A stretch of DNA of 57,204 nucleotides, counting the filler, from Stramenopiles sp. TOSAG23-3 (Eukaryota): assembly GCA_900128585.1 (NCBI GenBank). It is 3 parts of 3 records of this genome, joined end to end, with 100 filler letters (N's around TTAATTAATTAA, not from the genome) between each part and the next. Parts side by side here need not be neighbours in the genome. Positions count along the whole stretch, not along the records: positions 1 to 19,040 come from LT642410.1; 2 more parts are not named here. One strand, written 5' to 3'. Position numbers and translations under genes: made by a program. This document shows, in pieces, positions 10,709-19,140 of the stretch. Each line of letters begins with the position of its first letter. Position 1 is the stretch's first letter. Under the pieces are notes generated by a model. It was not told the DNA's origin, searched no databases, and saw only the letters and a list, made by a program, of their open reading frames with translations.

Positions 10709-11509
10709 CACTTTTGGGGTTGGGAAGGTGGATTTGCCATGCTCGTTATGCTATTCATGGCGGTCACTAGTACTGGAAGTGCTGAACTAATCGCAGTGTC
10801 CAGTATCTTTGTGTACGATATTTATCACGTATACATAAACCCCGATGCATCTGGGGAAGAGATATTGAAATGGTCTCGTGTTACCATTGTGGTGTTTGGT
10901 TTATCAATGGGAATATTTTCTCTGCTCCTAAATGCTATGGGTTTAAGCTTGGGTTGGGTATACCTTTTCATGGGCATCATGATTGGATCTGCAGTCGCAC
11001 CGATCTCTTACCTGCTCTTATGGAAAAAATGCACTGCTCGCGCAGCAATAAGTGGTGCAACCCTGGGATGGATTTTGGCTACATTGTCCTGGCTTTTAGC
11101 CGCAAAAATCTATGATCCAAGTGGAAAGGGAGAGATTACGTTGAAAAGCACGGGGGAACAGTCTGCGATGCTGATTGGAAACGTTGTCGCCATCTTTTCC
11201 AGTTTTATTATTACTACCAGCATGTCTCTCTTGGATCCCGACGATTATGACTTTCAAGGGACCCGGGCCATACCATTGATAGAGGAAGATCTTGCTCCAG
11301 CAGCGGAAACTGACGTCGATTTACGGAAAGCAAAAAAGTGGATGATTGTGGCAGGTCTTAGTTTCACCATAATCATAGTCGTTTTGTGGCCCCTAGCTAC
11401 GATTCCAGCGGGGAATTTCACGAAAACCTACTTTTCATGGTGGGTTTATCTCAGCGTGGGCTGGGCCTTTGTAGCAACAATCGTTATCATCGATGTATCA
11501 GTTTTTTAG
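10709..11509 (+). pseudogene. DUR3: DUR3 (SSS-family urea transporter) internal fragment; 5' part missing and tail displaced
   Basis: HFWGWEGGFAMLVMLFMAVTSTGSAELIAVSSIFVYDIYHVYINP...SLGWVYLFMGIMIGSAVAP...FVATIVII; in-frame TAA at 10697-10699 upstream; homology ends at 11491, followed by DVSVF*. Confidence 0.85.
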
Positions 11510-11586
11510 ACGATGATGGCTACCTGTATACCCCACACACCAGCTACTATAGAGAAGAAGATAATAAAAATACGCCCAACAACAAA

Positions 11587-11736
11587 GAGAAGAGAAGAAG
11601 AAGAAGAAGAAGAAGAAGAAGAAGAAGAAGAAGAAGAAGAAGAAGAAGAAGAAGAAGAAGAAGAAGAGAAGAAGAAGAAGAAGAAGAAGGAAGAAGAAGG
11701 AAGAAGAAGGAAGAAGAAGGAAGAAGAAGAAGGAAG
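11587..11736. repeat. (GAA)n polypurine microsatellite
   Basis: Long GAA run with a degenerate end. Confidence 0.95.
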
Positions 11737-11925
11737 CGAAAAAAATAATATAAATAATAAAATCTTTATAAAAAATGTTATTTGTTAATGCAGAACTCTC
11801 AAGAATGCGACAAACTTGTTTTTATGTATGTATTAAGAAATCTTTTGCCAAGATAAAGAAAACCTTTTGGTATTGAATTTAATTTTAGAGACACTCATAT
11901 AACTAGTCAAATAGAAAGCGAATAG

Positions 11926-12651
11926 ATGTCGGACCAGAGCACGTATTTGTTGGACGGTGTCCGGGAAACTGAAGTTGGGGTGTACGAACGGTCGTGGTGG
12001 CGTATTTTACATGCGTTGTCGTTCATGGTAGGTGGTGCCCTCTTTATCGTTGGTACGGTATTGTTATTTCTTCCCCCAAGCACTTATCCAGATGCCCCGT
12101 TTCAATCTGCGCTCCTGTATGTGATAGGAAGCTGCGGGTTCCTTTGTGTAGACGTTATGGAATTCTTCACCTTCCACGAGTGCCCGTTGCGCGGAAACAT
12201 ACTGATGTCAGCAGTTGGGAGTACCTTTTACGTCATTGGAAGTGCCGGTTTTCTACCGCACATCTACACCGAAACCAGTGTGTACGGTATTTATGGGTTC
12301 ATTTTAGGCAGCGTAATTATTGGGACGTCCCAGACATGGAAAACGATTCGCCTCGCCGGGGAAGAAGTGCCACAACTCGGCAACGACTATGGTAAAAAAA
12401 AACCGACCATATGGGTCTACTCTGTTCGCACGTTGTTCTCCTCGAAAGACATATTCACCGCGGCTGGTGTTGAAGCAAGCGCGGGTATAGGGGCATGGAG
12501 TTTCTTTGTTGGAACCTGGTTATTGTCAATTCACGAAAACTCAAGTGAATGGTATCGGATCGTTCTATACATATGGGTATTTGGATCAGTTGCGTTTACA
12601 ACTGGGGCATTTTTTCTTGCTTACCGACATTTTGTGATGAAAGTTACCTGA
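11926..12651 (+). CDS. YrhK-like multi-pass membrane protein
   Basis: Three repeated hydrophobic hairpins (GGALFIVGTVLLF/LYVIGSCGF; GSTFYVIGSAGF/GFILGS; GAWSFFVGT/IWVFGSVAF). Confidence 0.65.
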   Translation: MSDQSTYLLDGVRETEVGVYERSWWRILHALSFMVGGALFIVGTVLLFLPPSTYPDAPFQSALLYVIGSCGFLCVDVMEFFTFHECPLRGNILMSAVGSTFYVIGSAGFLPHIYTETSVYGIYGFILGSVIIGTSQTWKTIRLAGEEVPQLGNDYGKKKPTIWVYSVRTLFSSKDIFTAAGVEASAGIGAWSFFVGTWLLSIHENSSEWYRIVLYIWVFGSVAFTTGAFFLAYRHFVMKVT

Positions 12652-13095
12652 TTAATACGAACGATTAGAGTTGAAATAGAGGAAACTACGAGGCCTATAG
12701 ATAGTCGATTTAAATTGTAATTTTCATTTTCAGGTGGGAAAATCATAACTATTATTATTATTACTTTGATAATCTTTTAATTATAATAATTATGATGAGG
12801 AATGAGGAGAGGAGAGAGAAGAGAGAAGGAAGAAGATGATTTTTTATTATTATTTATAAATTAATTTATATTTGTTGTTTTTTTTTTGTTGTTGTTGTTG
12901 TTTTGATGATGGGATGATGAATGAAGTCAGCATCTCAACAAAAAAGGTATCGACTGACGATTGGGATATGATTAATGAATTGTCGAATTCGAAGTTCTAT
13001 TATTTTGCATGGTTTTAAAACAATTCATGGTTCAAATTCGATTTATGCACAGTACCCTCAAGCGCTAACGTTTAACTTTTCTATTCCTTCACAAC

Positions 13096-15273
13096 ATGAA
13101 AGCAAGAGCCACTACCCTCCCTGCCTTGGCCGTCTATCTGTTTCTGTCATGCGCTGCCGGGTCTGAGGCGCCAACTCTTGTGAAAATCCCGGCAGGGAAT
13201 TTCAATATGGGGTACTCCAGGACCCCGTTGCCACCAACGTTAAGCCCTTCTGCAAAGCTTTTTCCGAACGGTGATGCGGACGAACAGCCATACCACAAGG
13301 TCTCTATTTCGGAGTTCATGCTCGGGGCCTACGAGGTGACAAATGCACAGTTCGAGGAGTACATGCCCGGCCATAGTATGTACCGGAATAGGCTGAACTT
13401 TTCGAAAAACGACGACGACGCTGTGCTGTGGGTGTCGTGGCACGACGCTGTTGGATACTGTAGCTGGTTGACAGAGTCGTATAACCGCGCCAACCCCGAG
13501 GCTTCCCAGAAACTACGTTTCCGGTTGCCAACAGAGGCAGAGTGGGAATACGCCGCGAGAGGAAACAGTTCCACCAAGTACGAACTCTTTTGGACTGGTG
13601 GGAGCGTTCCCAAAGACATGCAGAACCATAATGACGAAAATGCTGGGCTTCCCAAGCCCGGTGATTTTACCCCAACCCAAGTCGGTCGGTTCAAACCGAA
13701 CAGCTTCGGCCTTTACGATACGCTGGGGAATGTTGAGGAGTGGACGAACGATGCGTACGCACCTTACTCATCAGGCGAATCGACGGACCCGCAAGGCCCG
13801 AAAAGCAGTTCCAGCAATTTGCGTGTAAGTAGGGGAGGGAGCCATGGCACGGAACTGTATTATTTGCGTTCAAGCAACCGCGCGGCCGCAATTAGCGAAG
13901 AAAGGAGCTGGTTCATAGGATTTCGCGTTGCTGCAGATGTTGTGTCGGATGTGTTGGCGCCGAACGATTTCTCTTCTGCCAAACGGTCGCTTCAGAGTAA
14001 TGGCAAGCGCAATGGTGCTATTGCAGCACGAACGGAGAGCAAGGGGACTGTCACGTTTCCCGTGAGAAAACGGTATGTAAATATTCCAATGCCTGCGGGA
14101 AAGTCAAAACTGCCATTTTATGACCACAATCATGACCCCACGATAACAACTTGCCCCGGCAAAAGTGGCGGCCTGATCGCAAGTTGGTTCAGTACCAACT
14201 GCGGCGAGCCCGGGAGGTGCACTGGGCTTGCTTTCGCACGATTGGGGAAGGAGGACGAGGAGTGGAGCGATGCCCAGGTTGATTTCGATGTTGCCGATCG
14301 GACACAATGCTGCCCCGCCTACTTTTTTGACAAGGAATCCGGTACACTTTTTCAATTTAGCGGGATGACTGCCGCCGGAGACTGGAGTGGTTTTTACAGT
14401 GACCTTATCGGGGTCGTCCGGTACAGTGACGATTGTGGGAGGACTTGGGCCAAAAGTGAAATCATTTGGCCGTTTCATGGCATCGAGCACCAAACGGTCG
14501 TCACAGTGATCAAGAGCTCGCGGACAGGTGAGCTGTTGGTTCCCGTCGACCACTGGGGTGTCCCACCTTACGGTTACGAAGGAGACGAAACGGTGGTCCA
14601 GCACAACCCTTTTAAGAGTCTTGCAGACGTTCTAAACCAGACAAAGTGGCAAAGGGGACCCCTGGGCCATCGCGGGCGATACAACAACACTGGGGGGCAC
14701 CACTCCAGTATTGTAGAACTACGAAATGGGAGCTACTTCGGGGCCAGCCGCGGACATCCGATTAACGGGATGCTCCCAGTGTCGTTGAGCAACGATGGGG
14801 CGCACACATGGACGTCCCGCGCTTCAATATTTCCCTTTGTGCATGGGGGGCAAAGGCCGGTTGCGATACGGCTGGGGGCACAGGAGGAGCCAATTATGCT
14901 GTGTTCTTTTGCTAACGAGGGGATGGAGGTACCTTGCGACAGCCCACGGGTCAAGGGAGGTACGAGGACGGCTGATACCACGTTTCCCATTCGGGGCTTG
15001 TTTTGCGCCGTGAGCGAAGACGACGGGGATTCGTGGATGAACGTGCGGCCAATAACGGACAATTTCACCGCGGCTGGTACCAAGGTTGAGGGATTTGATC
15101 ACGTTGAATTTCTGATGGCATACAATTCATCGGAACCGAACGGCTACATGGATGCCACCTTTGACGAAAGGAATGGAATGATTCATTTGATTACGTCCAT
15201 GAACCATTACTCATTCGACCTGGCGTACTTGAAGTCCCCAGCGTCTTGCAACCCAGCTGCGTATGAAAATTGA
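13096..15273 (+). CDS. Secreted FGE-sulfatase (SUMF1)-fold + BNR/Asp-box sialidase-like protein
   Basis: Signal peptide; IPAGNFNMG, EVTNAQFEE, VSWHDAVGYC, RLPTEAEWEYAARG, PNSFGLYDTLGNVEEW, IGFRVA; Asp boxes YSDDCGRTW, LSNDGAHTW, VSEDDGDSW. Confidence 0.85.
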   Translation: MKARATTLPALAVYLFLSCAAGSEAPTLVKIPAGNFNMGYSRTPLPPTLSPSAKLFPNGDADEQPYHKVSISEFMLGAYEVTNAQFEEYMPGHSMYRNRLNFSKNDDDAVLWVSWHDAVGYCSWLTESYNRANPEASQKLRFRLPTEAEWEYAARGNSSTKYELFWTGGSVPKDMQNHNDENAGLPKPGDFTPTQVGRFKPNSFGLYDTLGNVEEWTNDAYAPYSSGESTDPQGPKSSSSNLRVSRGGSHGTELYYLRSSNRAAAISEERSWFIGFRVAADVVSDVLAPNDFSSAKRSLQSNGKRNGAIAARTESKGTVTFPVRKRYVNIPMPAGKSKLPFYDHNHDPTITTCPGKSGGLIASWFSTNCGEPGRCTGLAFARLGKEDEEWSDAQVDFDVADRTQCCPAYFFDKESGTLFQFSGMTAAGDWSGFYSDLIGVVRYSDDCGRTWAKSEIIWPFHGIEHQTVVTVIKSSRTGELLVPVDHWGVPPYGYEGDETVVQHNPFKSLADVLNQTKWQRGPLGHRGRYNNTGGHHSSIVELRNGSYFGASRGHPINGMLPVSLSNDGAHTWTSRASIFPFVHGGQRPVAIRLGAQEEPIMLCSFANEGMEVPCDSPRVKGGTRTADTTFPIRGLFCAVSEDDGDSWMNVRPITDNFTAAGTKVEGFDHVEFLMAYNSSEPNGYMDATFDERNGMIHLITSMNHYSFDLAYLKSPASCNPAAYEN

Positions 15274-15365
15274 AATTTTAAAAGAGAAACTAAGAGTACT
15301 TTGGTAAAAAGAAATTATTAAAAATATATTTGTTTTCAAAAGAATTATTGACAGATATACTTTTT

Positions 15366-15684
15366 TAATAACAGCCAGTTTTTTTGGTTCTTAAAAGCTA
15401 AAAAAGCGTATCAATTCCTTTACACCTTCCTTCGCCAGCAGCAACGATACGACTTCTATGCAAACTCTTGAACTTGGGATATTCGTTGCGTTCAATATTA
15501 TTCTTAAAAACAAGAAAATTGGCTGTTATTTAAAATACCTTTTACCGGTACTGTGATCATGTTGATGAATTTTTATTAATTGACTATTAATATTTGGTAA
15601 ATAACAGACAATTTTCTTGTTGTTTTTTATTTTTTTGAAGCTAAATTTAATTACTTAAATAACAGCCAATTTTCTTGTTTTTAA
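15366..15684. repeat. Cluster of four 30-bp element copies, including a perfect 30-bp inverted pair (15504-15533 / 15655-15684)
   Basis: Base-by-base comparison; degenerate reverse copies at about 15366-15394 and 15598-15627. Confidence 0.9.
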
Positions 15685-15716
15685 TTTTTGGTACAGTAAA
15701 CATGTCCCTAATTTAA

Positions 15717-16937
15717 CTACGCGTAGTAAGTGTCATAGAGATCGACATCTCGAAAGGCCACATTGAAGGCATAGGAGACTATCGCTGTGCTTACAATGGT
15801 AGCCAACAAGTACTGAAACATTGCTTTTGGTATCTGCCCTTTTCTTTGTCTATTCAATTTCCACAGCTCTGTCATAAATGTACTCACTGTGCTTAGCGAG
15901 CCGGCAAACCCGGAAGTGAAAGCCGTCGTTAAGGTAGTGAAGAGAAGGCCACTAGTCATATACTTTCTCTTTGTGTCGATGCTCGTATTTGGGTATTTTG
16001 GGTCCTCGAACGCCACAAGCAGCCCATAGAGGACCCCATCCAATGCACATGCCAACAGGTTGGCAAGAAATGTGCCATAGAAGAAGTATTTGTACTTTCC
16101 GTTAAACTTTTTCCCCAGGTAAGCTCGGAGAAAGACTCCAAACGGTGCCATCAGCATGCCAGCCCATTCTTTCCCGTCAGAAAAATCGTCCTGTGCTTGA
16201 AACGCCCCTGGGTTGGTCATAATTTGGTAGAATATGAAGGCATAGGTCGCAAAAAACACGACACTGATAAAAACCTGAAACGGAAATACCGATTTGTTTC
16301 TCTGCACTGTGTGAGAAGTTTGGCCTTCTCCTAACAATTTCGTTGTGCGCTTATTGATCTGTTCCTCAACATAGATCGCAAAGTACTCCCCCATCGCGAC
16401 CATAGCAAAGCTAAGGATGGTCCCGATCAGGTACGAGAATACGGTGTAAATGATCGACGCTAGAAGCCCATGCTTTTGAGGTCCATTCAACATGAGTTCT
16501 GTCATGTCCTGGTTCCATGTCGCATAAGTTGTCAACGCACCGCACAAACCCGTCCTTAACCCCTTAGTCAACGCTGGGTTTTCTTGAAACATTGTCCATG
16601 TCGAGGGAAATAGAACATATTCCTTTGTGTTTCCCTCCTCCCTTGGAGCCATCAGCATACCGATAATGAAACAGCCCAACATGTTGATTGGCAAGTCCTC
16701 AAATAAAATCATAGTTTCTCCTTGAAGTTCTGTCTCAGATGCAAATGTATCCCAATCGTTCTCAAGTCTCATACGGATACAACATCCGACTAACCCAAAC
16801 AGTGCTAAGTGCGTATACAGGAAGAATGTCGCCCACTTTCCTGTTTTCGCTGGAGGGGAGTGGTCCGTGCTAACATCGTTCTCTTTTTCCACCACCAACA
16901 ACAACGGCTCCGTTCGGTCGTTTTTTACCGCATTCAT
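15717..16937 (-). CDS. FEX: Fluoride exporter (eukaryotic double CrcB/Fluc domain)
   Basis: Two Fluc halves: LPINMLGCFIIG...GLRTGLCGALTTYATW and APFGVFLR...GTFLANLLAC...GFAGSLSTVSTF. First ATG at 16937. Confidence 0.85.
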   Translation of the reverse strand: MNAVKNDRTEPLLLVVEKENDVSTDHSPPAKTGKWATFFLYTHLALFGLVGCCIRMRLENDWDTFASETELQGETMILFEDLPINMLGCFIIGMLMAPREEGNTKEYVLFPSTWTMFQENPALTKGLRTGLCGALTTYATWNQDMTELMLNGPQKHGLLASIIYTVFSYLIGTILSFAMVAMGEYFAIYVEEQINKRTTKLLGEGQTSHTVQRNKSVFPFQVFISVVFFATYAFIFYQIMTNPGAFQAQDDFSDGKEWAGMLMAPFGVFLRAYLGKKFNGKYKYFFYGTFLANLLACALDGVLYGLLVAFEDPKYPNTSIDTKRKYMTSGLLFTTLTTAFTSGFAGSLSTVSTFMTELWKLNRQRKGQIPKAMFQYLLATIVSTAIVSYAFNVAFRDVDLYDTYYA

Positions 16938-18043
16938 TAGCACTTCGTTTCTATACTCGATGTTTATTGTTTGTTTTCATATACAAATTAAAAAATCGGT
17001 CAAAAGAAATTGAAAAATGTTCGTGTTTAGTTCTAAAAGTAATACACAAAACTTTTGAAGAACTTTCAACAAACTATATTACCTTGGTGTTTTACGGTGT
17101 ACTACTACATAACTAAAATAATACTGGTATTACCTATAACAAAACAAGAACACAATAATAATATACCACAACAACAACAAGAAAGGAAGAAAAAAAGCAA
17201 GCCAAGAGGGGAGGAAGGAGGGAATAATAAATAAATAAACTTAACTATTTAATAACTAGTAAGAATTAATTTTTCACCAGTGCAATATTATTACCTTGTT
17301 ATTTTTCCTAAAATGTTGAAGTAGAAAATTATTAAATATTAAAAAAGAAGTTATTATAATTCCAATAATCAGTCGACCACCAACTGTATTACCTGGTATT
17401 AATATTAAAATATTATTAGAGTAAAAAAAAAAGAGAATCTGCTGGAAAAAACAATGTATTATTTTGTTGTGATTTTATATTAGTCTATATAGTATTATTG
17501 GTATGTATTAATTATTATTATTAGTAGTAGTAGTAATCAATAAACCCTTGTCACTTTTACGTAGACTTGACTAACTAGACTATCAAATCATTTTCATGTG
17601 TATGTAATCCGTGCATGATGATCTGAATTAATCAGTGTGTGGAATTGCGTCAATATACGTCGTACCGGTTCACGCATTTTATCAATATAAATTTCTTTTT
17701 AATATTATTTATCACAAATAAATATTGATATAAAGAAGTGAGCGTCTTCAAACATATTAGTCCTAGTCTGTATCATATGTGATAAGCATATCATATATCA
17801 TATCATATACTTTTTGTTTTTTTCAATAATATATATCATCATCACATGTTTTCATTTGTTATCCGTGTAATGTAAATCCCAACGAAATTATTTTAGTGAC
17901 TAAAATAAATTACCAGAAGGTAGTACTTTCAACTACTAACGAAGTAAAACAATAAAATGTTTTATACCAAGAAGTTTGTAGAATTATACGATGGGGTGTT
18001 GTGTTCAAGAACAATATTTCGTTTCTGTTCCGGCAAATTGTGT

Positions 18044-19039
18044 TTACGTTGATTTTGCCCGTTTTAATAACTCTTCTGGTTCTGTTTCCATCATGGAACT
18101 TTCTGCAGCTTCCAATGGGGTGACTCCATCAACGTCTTTGAGCCGTACGTCTGCCCCTTGTTCAGCAAGGTAGTACGCCAGGCGTTTGTACGGCAAAGCG
18201 TAGTGAAGTGCGGACTGCCCGTCCATGTCTTGCCGGGATAAGCCTGCGTTTTTTTCCTCAACTAAATACTTGACAACGTCGAAGTGGTCCTGGTCGCAGG
18301 CCCACATCAACGCGGTCATTCCGTTCTCGTCAACGTCGTCCACCGCACTTGCACTCCCGCCCAGTGCCGCCTTTACACGGTCAAGTTCCCCTTTGTTGGC
18401 GAATTGAAAAATATCGTCGTTCCCCTCCCACTCGTCCACGGCTGGGACAGAATGTTGCATGGTGCTGACGGACTTTGCCATGATGGAGGACGGGGCCTTC
18501 TTCTTTGGCTGGCTTTTCTGGGGGCTCGCCTCCGGAGCCTTTCCGTCGTTCCACCCAGGGGAAAGGCTCGACACCTTGTCCGCGTACAGCTTCATCGCAT
18601 CCAGGGTTGACAACGATTTTCGGCTGTTCCAGGCGTCCCACTTGTACGATTTTTCGTAGTCGAACATGGACGTGGGTTTCTTTATGTTACAAGGCCCGAT
18701 GCACGCTTGTTTGAACAGTCCGTACAGGTCGAGCTTGTCTTCGTTCGAAATGTTCAAATTTCCGGTCTTGACGTGCTCTACCGCAGCTGTGAAGTTCGTC
18801 TCAACGGCCTTGTCGTACTCACCGGGGCCGTTTCCTTCGTCCGACGAACTGCTTTCACTCTCTTCAGACGAATCGTCGTTGCCTTGGTCGCTCCTCGTCG
18901 GCGCTGCCTCGTTCCTGCCATCGTCGTCCTTTGACACGGCGGCCCAAGCCTCCTCCAACGCAACTCCTTGTGGACTCACCTTGCCTGGGCTTTCCGGGGC
19001 CGCCTGAGGCTTCGCTGGTTTCACCTCTTTCTTACCTCT
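18044..19039 (-). CDS. ACBD6: Acyl-CoA-binding + ankyrin-repeat protein, 5' partial
   Basis: ACB domain (FTAAVEHV...LDLYGLFKQA...KWDAW) followed by ankyrin repeats (GMTALMWACDQDHFDVVKYL, GQSALHYA); frame stays open to the contig edge. Confidence 0.8.
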   Translation of the reverse strand, partial: RGKKEVKPAKPQAAPESPGKVSPQGVALEEAWAAVSKDDDGRNEAAPTRSDQGNDDSSEESESSSSDEGNGPGEYDKAVETNFTAAVEHVKTGNLNISNEDKLDLYGLFKQACIGPCNIKKPTSMFDYEKSYKWDAWNSRKSLSTLDAMKLYADKVSSLSPGWNDGKAPEASPQKSQPKKKAPSSIMAKSVSTMQHSVPAVDEWEGNDDIFQFANKGELDRVKAALGGSASAVDDVDENGMTALMWACDQDHFDVVKYLVEEKNAGLSRQDMDGQSALHYALPYKRLAYYLAEQGADVRLKDVDGVTPLEAAESSMMETEPEELLKRAKST

Positions 19040-19040
19040 A

Positions 19041-19140
19041 NNNNNNNNNNNNNNNNNNNNNNNNNNNNNNNNNNNNNNNNNNNNTTAATTAATTAANNNN
19101 NNNNNNNNNNNNNNNNNNNNNNNNNNNNNNNNNNNNNNNN
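19041..19140. other. Artificial contig linker
   Basis: 100 nt of N with TTAATTAATTAA at 19085-19096 (stops in all six frames). Confidence 0.97.

Noticed and set aside
10739-11509. Intact 256-aa transporter as given in the ORF track
   Set aside because: It is only an internal part of DUR3; its tail is inverted upstream and its N-terminal half is absent.
11386-11788. Poly-Arg/poly-Glu ORFs (also near 24572-24916, 25638-26042, 54911-55253)
   Set aside because: Translations of microsatellites.
15366-15684. Four ~30-bp repeats with unique spacers as a CRISPR array
   Set aside because: Mixed orientations, irregular spacing, no cas genes, eukaryotic context.
19085-19096. TTAATTAATTAA palindrome inside N runs (also 38181-38192)
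   Set aside because: Centred in exactly 100-nt spacers and gives stops in all six frames; a concatenation artefact. Linkage across it was ignored.
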